From: Macrostomum lignano
Taxonomy: Eukaryota
Length of the DNA stretch: 33,657 nt
NCBI GenBank assembly: GCA_002269645.1
Contig: NIVC01001963.1
Location: forward strand, 1-33,657
Reading direction: 5' to 3'
In this document: in pieces, positions 24,181 to 33,657 of the stretch
Layout of the letters: every line of letters begins with the position of its first letter
How positions within the stretch are numbered: position 1 is the first letter of the stretch
Notes under the pieces: generated by a model
Told to the model about the DNA's origin: nothing
What the model saw: the letters and a program-made list of their open reading frames with translations, nothing else
Database searches by the model: none
Position numbers and translations under genes: made by a program

Positions 24181-24292
24181 AGCTGATTGTGTCCGGGGTT
24201 GCAGGTGTACAGAAGGTTATGGCGAACTGCAGAGCAACCAACAACAGTAGAGTAAACGCCATCAAAATGCAAGATGTGAGACAAAAAACCAT
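24181..24292 (-). CDS. Secreted CUB-CUB-PAN protein, exon 1 (signal peptide; ATG at 24292 or 24262)
   Basis: M(VFCLTSCILM)AFTLLLLVALQFAITFCTPATPDTIS is a hydrophobic N-terminus. Strong phase-1 donor AGC T|GTAAGT at 24180. Confidence 0.65.
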
Positions 24293-24732
24293 TTCAATTT
24301 TCAAGCGACGATATTATTGATGCAATATATAATAATGAAATCGATTCCAATACGTATCCCATAGCAACCAAGTAATCATATTTTGTTTATCTACGCGCAA
24401 AAAATTAATCTTTCTAAGGCGTCAATAAATGCAATTTAAAAAAATTATTGCATTTTTTATTTGAGCAACAAAAGAACCAATCAATTTTATTAACTTCTGT
24501 ATATCAAAGAATATGACAGATATTGCTATGATTGCAACCTTGAGTTTACAATCGCTTGACCTTAGCGACGGCGCTACAACAGACAATTAAGGGTCAGTTC
24601 AGACAAGGCAATAGCTGAGACATTAGTTAAACCATTCTCAACAACGAGTCTCCTCTTTTCAAATACTGAAAGTGCGAAACATCAAACCAGAATTACAGGA
24701 AACATCAGATTAGTATTCAAGAAACACACTAG

Positions 24733-25382
24733 ACCTGCCATTCAGGAAGCACCGCCCTGGCCATTCCAGGAAACACGAAACCGGCCATTCCAGGAAACAC
24801 CAAACCGGCCATTCCAGGAAACACCAGACCGGCCATTCCAGGAAGCACCAGACCGGCCATTCCAGGAAGCACCAGACCGGCCATTCCAGGAAACACCAAA
24901 CCGGCCATTCCAGGAAACATCAAACCGGCCATTCCAGGAAACATCAAACCGGCCATTCCAGGAAACACCAGACCGACCATTCCAGGAAGCACCAGACCGG
25001 CCATTCCAGGAAACACCAAACCGGCCATTCCAGGAAACATCAAACCGGCCATTCTAGGAAACACCAGACCGACCATTCCAGGAAACACCAGACGGGCCAT
25101 TCCAGGAAACACCAAACCGGCCATTCCAGGAAACACCAAACCGACCATTCTAGGAAACACCAGACCGATCATTCCAGGAAACACCAGACCGGCCATTCCA
25201 GGAAACACCAGAACGGCCAGGCCATTCCCGGAAACACCAGAACGGCCAGGCCAGGAAGCACCAGACCGGCCATTCCAAGAAACACCAGACCGGCCATTCC
25301 AGGAAACACCAAACCGACCATTCTAGGAAACACCAGACCGACCATTCCAGGAAACACCAGACCGGCCATTTCAAGAAACAAC
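24733..25382. repeat. 24-bp minisatellite GACCGGCCATTCCAGGAAACACCA (~27 copies)
   Basis: Direct reading. It explains the GMAGLVFP-repeat ORFs. Confidence 0.96.
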
Positions 25383-27129
25383 AGGGGCCCAATCATACAT
25401 GCGCAACCATCACTCGGCCGTTTCTATTGGCAACACACGTGTAAGTCGTTATTGGCCAAGAGCAGTCACGTGACTACTATTCCGTCCAATAGGTGAATCC
25501 CTAGGTTGCGCCCAAGCATGGGCCCAATCCACTGACACTTAAAAAACCCACAGATGCACACGAAAACGTCGCACGTGCAGGCACCCGCTCACACAGGGTG
25601 TACATGTACAGCGCCCCTGACTTTCTAATCGTCAGAGATGTACACTCTCTGCGCTTTGCGGATTGGCTCGCATGGGTGGTGAATCTCACGACAAGCTCCA
25701 ATTCTGGAGCACAAGCCTCCCATATTTCAATATCGAAAAAGAAATGAAAAAATTCATCTTCAATTCAGTAATCTGGACAAAATTTTTAACAAAAAAAGCT
25801 TTCAATTCTAGAGCAAAAACCAACAGCAAAAAAGGCGAATTGGAAACGCAAGAGAAGCGCTCCTCTGAATCAGTGAATGTGGAGGATTGTATATTTTCAA
25901 TAACAATCCATCATGTGTAAAATATAGACATAATAAATATGCGCATAAATAATTAAGCTTTATAACATGTTGATAGGCAAATATTCTGTACTATTAAGAA
26001 TTTTATATAATATTACTATTTTAACAATTGAAATCTAGAGAAAAAAAAAGTACAAAATTATATTACTAACAAAAGTACGTGATTAGGCTAAAAATGTGCG
26101 GATTCAAAACTTGTACATAAAATTTCTTTGTTCAAAAGACGAGGTCTTTGTTTTACATGTAATTCTTATTTCATAGTTAATCATTAAAATTTAGCTTTCA
26201 GCTTGTCCACCTACTTTATTGGAACATAATTATTGAGTAGTAAGTACAGAATATAGCAACTATCTTCATAGAATTCATCCACAATATTAAATTCTGATCA
26301 AGCACCAGCTATAATGAAAACTTACCCGTAGACTAAAAGTAACCATGGATTGCTAATCTAGCAGTCCTTATAAGCATTATAAAAAGTACGTATATTATTC
26401 ATTGCTAAAAACAGACTTATCTATCTATCTGCAATAAATTGGCAAGCATATTAAAAAAGCACGCATGAAAATATTAACAAGTAGTATGCTATGTAAATTG
26501 TGCGAAAAAACAAATAAATTTGGGTGGAATTTTGCATCATAAATGAGACTTGATTGCTCAAATTTAGCAACTGTTTCTATTTGATCCCAACACAGTTCGG
26601 CATCCTATTAAAAAGTGCGAAATGTACTGATTAATTCGAAAAATTCACTAGAAATTTGAAAGTTTGAAGTTAACAAGAAACGATAACTAAAGACAGGTAC
26701 TTCCGGGCATTAAGTAATAAAAGCAGAAAAAACAAAATGATTATACAAACTCCGCAGCTAGGAAGCATAAACTGGGTCCTGCGGTGGCAGTCGGTAACGA
26801 TTTAAACCAATTGATTCCTGTCTCGAGAGAGCTGAACTGCTCAACCAGAAGCGCGTGACAAATATGCAGCCAGCTAAGTGGCTAATGAGGAAACTTCTAA
26901 TCCAAATAAAATAATAATTCAAACTAGAACTTGAAATTATTGCCTGGCAAAGAAGAATTCTAAAACTGTTGAAGAGAATCCCATCTGGAGAAAACCCAGT
27001 TTCTAAGAATCCCATGTAAAAGAAATTACTGTTGAACCACAGGATGGTATCGCAGTTTAGGGAATACCAAAATAAAATAAAAAGTCGTGGAGAATCCCTC
27101 TTTGTGGAAAGCCTAATTAGGTAAGTTCC

Positions 27130-27580
27130 AATTAAGAAAAATCCCTCCTAGGGAAATCCCAAGTAGGGAAATCCCACCTAGGGAAATCCCAAGTAGGGAA
27201 ATCCCACCTAGGGAAATCCAAAGTAGGGAAATCCCACCTAGGGAAATCCAAAGTAGGGAAACCCACCTAGGGAAATCCCACCTAGGGAAATCCAAAGTAG
27301 GGAAACCCACCTAGGGAAATCCCTAAGTAGGAAATCCCACATAGGGAAATCCCAAGTAGGGAAACCCAAGTAGGGAAACCCCACCTAGGGAAATCCCAAG
27401 TAGGGAAATTCCACTTAGGAAATTCCACTTAGGGAAATCCCACGTAGGGAAATCCCACCTAAGGAAATCCCAAGTAGGGAAATCCAAAGCAGGGAAATTA
27501 CACTTAGGGAAATCCCAAGTAGGGAAATCCAAAGCAGGGAAATTACACTTAGGGAAATCCCAATTATGGAACCCAAATTC
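27130..27580. repeat. ~15-bp minisatellite built on TAGGGAAATCCC(AAG/ACC)
   Basis: Direct reading, downstream of the PAK stop codon. Confidence 0.93.
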
Positions 27581-27730
27581 AGGGAATCACAAGGTTAAGC
27601 TCCAGTTAAGTGAAATAATATTCAGAGGAATCCCAATTGAGGAGAGCCTAACCTAGAAAGTCCCAGCTCAGAAGCATTCTCAGGCCTTGAAAAGCGATAG
27701 GATCATTTTTAAGCCAGATTTGGGCCGCCA

Positions 27731-28156
<426 letters not shown>

Positions 28157-28269
28157 TCAGTGTTGCATAATTTGGATGCAATGCACTTTAACTCAATACC
28201 GTCGGTGTACATACCTACATCATAGTACATAGCGTACGTAAAGTATATGCTCACCATACCGATGTACAC

Positions 28270-28560
28270 AGCAATCAATGTACAATATATGTAGACACCA
28301 ACCAATGTACAAATAATCTATGTACATAGCAACCAATGTACAAATAATGTGTACACAGCAACCAATGTACAGATAATTAATGTACACACTAGCCGATGTA
28401 CAAATAATCTATTTACACACCCACCAATGTACAAATAAACTATGTACACACCAACCAATGTACAAATAAACTGTGTACACGCCAACCAATCTACAGATAA
28501 TCTATGTACACACTAGCCAATGTACAATCAATGTACAAAAGATGTACACTGGATGCACAG
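28270..28560. repeat. Degenerate ~30-bp intronic repeat (ACCAATGTACAAATAATCTATGTACAC-like)
   Basis: Recurrent CCAATGTACA core inside the last PAK intron. Confidence 0.85.
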
Positions 28561-28577
28561 TCAATGCAATTTCATCA

Positions 28578-29025
<448 letters not shown>

Positions 29026-29034
29026 TTGAACTCA

Positions 29035-29268
<234 letters not shown>

Positions 29269-29510
29269 TCAATTTGGAGCTAAATTGGAATTTGGGCTTG
29301 GCTCTGCTCGTGAAATTAACGGCCTTTAAGGCCAATCTCCAAAGGCACAGTGTAAATACCAACGATAAATAAAGTTAGGGCTGCTGTGCACTCCTGTGCG
29401 AGTGTGTGCCTGCTCAGGGGAGTCGGCGGAATGGGCAGTAATGCCTCTCGCCGGTTGTGCGACAATGTCGCTTAAAGTGCGGGCCAATTTTCGTCCACAC
29501 AGGCCTCGTC

Positions 29511-30175
<665 letters not shown>

Positions 30176-30204
30176 TTATTAACTAACAACTTTACACAAA
30201 AGAC

Positions 30205-31250
30205 ATGGATTGGTGAATGAATACGCGGATTGGTGAATTAATAGGTGGATTAGTGAATGAATAGGTGGATTGGTAAATAAATAAGCGGATTGGTGAATGA
30301 ATAGGTGGATTAGTGAATGAATAGGTGGATTGGTGAATGAATAAGCGGATTGGTGAATAAATAGGTGGATTCGTGAACTAATAGATAGATTGGTGAATGA
30401 AAAGGTGAATTGGTTAATGAAAAGGTGGATTGGTGAATGAATACGCGGACTGGTGAATGAATAGGTGGATTAGTGAATTAATATGTGGATTAGTGAATGA
30501 ATAGGTGGATTGGTGAATGAATAGGTGGATTGGTGAATGAATAGGTGGATTGGTGAATGAATACGCGGATTGGTGAATGAATATGTGGATTGGTGACTGA
30601 ATAGGTGGATTAGTGAATGAATAGGTGGAATTGTGAATGAATAGGTGGATTAGTGAATGAATAGGTGGATTAGTGAATGAATACGTGGATTTTCTAATAA
30701 TCAAGTGGATTTTCTAATAATCAAGTGGTTTGGTGAATGAATGGGTGAATTGGTGAATGAATAAGCGGATTGGTGAATGAATAGGTGGATTAGTGAATGA
30801 ATAGGTGGATTGGTAAATAAATAAGCGGATTGGTGAATGAATAGGTGGATTAGTGAATGAATAGGTGGATTGGTGAATGAATAAGCGGATTGGTGAATAA
30901 ATAGGTGGATTCGTGAACTAATAGATAGATTGGTGAATGAAAAGGTGAATTGGTTAATGAAAAGGTGGATTGGTGAATGAATAGGTGGATTGGTGAATGA
31001 ATACGTGGATTTTCTAATAATCAAGTGGATTTTCTAATAATCAAGTGGATTTTCTAATAATCAAGTGGATTTTCTAATAATCAAGTGGATTTTCTAATAA
31101 TCAAGTGGATTTTCTAATAATCAAGTGGATTTTCTAATAATCAAGTGGATTTTCTAATAATCAAGTGGATTGGTGAATGAATGGGTGAATTGGTAAAGGA
31201 CTAAGCGGTTTAGTAAAGGAGTAGGTGGATTGGTGAATAAATAGGTATTT
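30205..31250. repeat. 20-bp intronic minisatellite GGATTGGTGAATGAATAGGT with embedded TCAAGTGGATTTTCTAATAA sub-arrays
   Basis: Direct reading. A ~200-bp block at ~30241 recurs at ~30781. Confidence 0.95.
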
Positions 31251-31357
31251 TACTAGTCCACTAAAAATATGTAAATGGTAGGTACATGCCCATTAAAAAA
31301 ATGAAATATTGATCAGTGAACAGACAGATTTGTGAATGAACAGAGAAACAGACAAAC

Positions 31358-31566
31358 CTGCTGCTGGGACAGCCGGTAGGCGGGGCTGCTGACGGCCCGC
31401 ACGGGCTGGTGCCGGTTGGAGTCGCTGGTGGAGGCCGTGGACTGTCGAAGCGGCCGATTTCGATTGGCCACAGAGGCTGCGGTGACGGATGAGGCAGCCA
31501 AGGAGGCTGAACCCGACGATGCAGGCTGATTCCACTGGCCTGGTGGGGACGAGGGCGGCTGCGACT
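31358..31566 (-). CDS. pak4: Group II PAK, exon 2 (Ser/Ala-rich linker)
   Basis: Acceptor GGCAG|AG (phase 1) and donor CAG|GTTTG (phase 0) join in frame to exon 3: ESQPPSSPPGQ...YRLSQQQ|MQMQQ. Confidence 0.75.
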
Positions 31567-31599
31567 CTGCCAGTGATTGGGTTGATTGGTGTGTGAATC

Positions 31600-31860
31600 C
31601 ACTTATCAAGTGGAATTAACCACTACGTGAGTGAATAAATCTGTATGTGAATGAATAAACCAGAGCGTGAGTGGAGTTATAAAGTTTGTGAATGAGTAAA
31701 TCATCGTGTGAATGAATAAATCATTGTGGGAATGAATAAAATCTGTGTGAATGAATAAATCAACGTGTGAATGAATAAGCCAGTGCGTGAGTGAATGCAT
31801 TAAGTCTGTGAAAACATAAACCAGTGTGTAAAGTATACTGCGTGAATGGATAGATCAGTG
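31600..31860. repeat. Degenerate GTGTGAATGAATAAATC-type intronic repeat
   Basis: Recurrent GTGAATGAATA core. Confidence 0.75.
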
Positions 31861-31915
31861 TGTGAGCAGACAAATCACTATGCAATAAATATGACAGCGT
31901 AATCTTCGCTCCTAC

Positions 31916-32481
31916 CAGACAAAGCTCGACTCTGCTGCTGCTGATCCATGGTCCTCTGCTGCTGATAGATCTGATAAGATGGCGTGGCCTTTGATCAACA
32001 AATTGCTGCTGCTGCTGCTGCTGCTGATTGAACTGGTGATTCTGCAGCTGCCGTTGCTGCATCAGAAACTGCGGAGCCGCCTTGGCCGGCGGCTGCTGCT
32101 GAAACCGCGACTCTTCCACCAACGTCTCCCGCGGCTGCTGATGGTGATAAGCGTTGCTAAGGGCAACCGACAGACGAGCTTGGCCAGCCCCGCCTTGACC
32201 AATGCCGCGCCGCCAGCAAAATCGGCCACATCGCGACTCTGAGCAGACGTCGAACCCCGAATAATCATCTTACTTTTCGCGGCTTCCACATCCGTGACTC
32301 GGGACGGATCAACTATGGGCGCCCGGCGGTTTGACTCGTTATTGACCAGAGCCACCCACTGGGCTGGCAGGTCCAGAAACTGTTGAGTCTCAGCGTCGAA
32401 CTTCGTATGGACCCGGTGCTCGAATCCTATGGGGCCGGATATCACTGGCTTCTTGCTCTGGCCGAACTTCTTGCCCAGCAT
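31916..32481 (-). CDS. pak4: Group II PAK, coding exon 1 (CRIB/PBD and autoinhibitory region); two apparent -1 frameshifts; corrected product ~604 aa
   Basis: MLGKK...ISGPIGFEHRVHTKFD...FLDLPAQWVALV...RRAPIVDPSRVT...IIRG matches the PAK4/mbt N-terminus. Donor TCT G|GTAGG at 31915. Confidence 0.88.
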
Positions 32482-32652
32482 TGCTTTCGGTATGGCTCCC
32501 TTGATCTTCTAAAAGCTTCGATGCTTTGCTTTCTTTGCCAAGACTGTTTAGTTTATCATGAAGTGTCATTGAAATGGCACTTTGGTTAACTGGAAGCCCC
32601 ACTGGGATCTCATTCTGATTGTTCAGTCTCTAGTCCCATCTCGATTCTCGTG

Positions 32653-32906
32653 CTGATTAATGAGTCTCAAATGACATCTCATCCTGATTAATGAGTCTCA
32701 AATGACATCTCATCCTGATTAATGAGTCTCAAATGACATCTCATCCTGATTAATGAGTCTCAAATGACATCTCATCCTGATCAATAAGTCTCAAATGACA
32801 TCTCATCCTGATTAATGAGTCTCAATGACATCTCATCCTGATTAATGAGTCTCAAATGACATCTCATCCTGATTAATGAGTCTCAAATGACATCTCATCC
32901 TGATTA
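32653..32906. repeat. 31-bp tandem repeat CTGATTAATGAGTCTCAAATGACATCTCATC (~8 copies)
   Basis: Direct reading. Unit starts at 32653 and 32684, upstream of the PAK ATG. Confidence 0.95.
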
Positions 32907-33657
32907 GTGAGTATGCAGTGAAATTTTATACCAATTAATGAGTCTGTAGCTTGATATAGCATCCTAATGAATAATCTCAAATGACAGATAGATATTATCT
33001 TTATGCCAAGACATGATTCAATTTATATACAATGTAGTCTTGCCTAAAATACTTATATAACCCAGTATGCCATTGTCTTTAAAAGTTGGCATTATATAAC
33101 CTGATAATTAAGTCAATCAAAATTCAGAAGTGCTGCTTGAAGGCGACCCGGATCTGCCCAATATCGGCATGGAGATTGAAGTCTGAAAAGGTATTTACCT
33201 ATGAATTTTCTGTTGCGCCAAGTTGCTAACTTTTGAAGCGCATTACTAGTTAGAAGTTAATTTTGCGAATGCATTCTAATTTTAATTTGCTATAAGCTTT
33301 CTCTGCACCTGCTCTGTGCTAAAACCAATCTTGATTTTCCGTTTGAGTTTCTTTTTTCCTTATGCTTTCCGGATAAAGCAGGCATCAAATTTAATTTCAA
33401 TTACTTTTCCTTATGCTTCAGGGATAAAAGCAGTTGTCAATTTTCATTTTGCCATTTCCTTATGCTTTCTGGTTAAAGCAGTGTATATTTGTACAGTTTT
33501 CATGCTCATATATAATGTTGCTATTTATCCAACGCGGTTCATTAATCAGCACCCTTGCATTGTTTATATATTTATGCTTTGCAGTAAAAGCATGCACTAA
33601 TGTGACAATATTTAATCAATGCAACCATATTTATTAAATGCGATATGGTAAAACCAT

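Noticed and set aside
24729-25396. GMAGLVFP-repeat 159-aa ORF and neighbours
   Set aside because: Translation of a 24-bp minisatellite with no evidence of being an exon.
27113-27532. WISLGGISLL and WDFP repeat ORFs
   Set aside because: Translations of the 15-bp GGGAAATCCC array.
30414-31024. HSPIHLFI-repeat ORFs
   Set aside because: Translations of the 20-bp intronic minisatellite of PAK.
33316-33637. AT-rich hydrophobic ORFs at the window end
   Set aside because: Low-complexity sequence with a loosely repeated TTTCCTTATGCTT motif and no start context or homology cues.

Overview
Eukaryotic, invertebrate animal genomic DNA: spliced genes, an innexin and tRNA-derived SINEs, with no prokaryotic features. 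The GC-rich Gln-rich exons and dense private tandem repeats suggest a free-living flatworm such as Macrostomum, but that is unverified inference. Four spliced genes could be built by hand with phase-consistent GT-AG junctions. (1) An innexin (+, 11720-15072, 2 coding exons). (2) A somatomedin-B-like/Cys-rich ectodomain, Methuselah/family-B-like 7TM receptor (+, 17085-19429, 2 exons). (3) A previously unrecognised secreted signal peptide-CUB-CUB-PAN/apple gene (-, 24292-20325, 4 exons; exon 2/3 junction damaged). (4) A group II PAK kinase (-, 32481-27731, 6 exons). The innexin and PAK frames each need single-base insertions, which looks like long-read homopolymer error. Roughly a third of the window is tandem repeat, with over 15 unrelated arrays, many filling introns up to the splice sites. 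There are also four copies of a CORE-like tRNA SINE and a 655-bp foldback-type non-autonomous DNA transposon with a 7-8 bp TSD.
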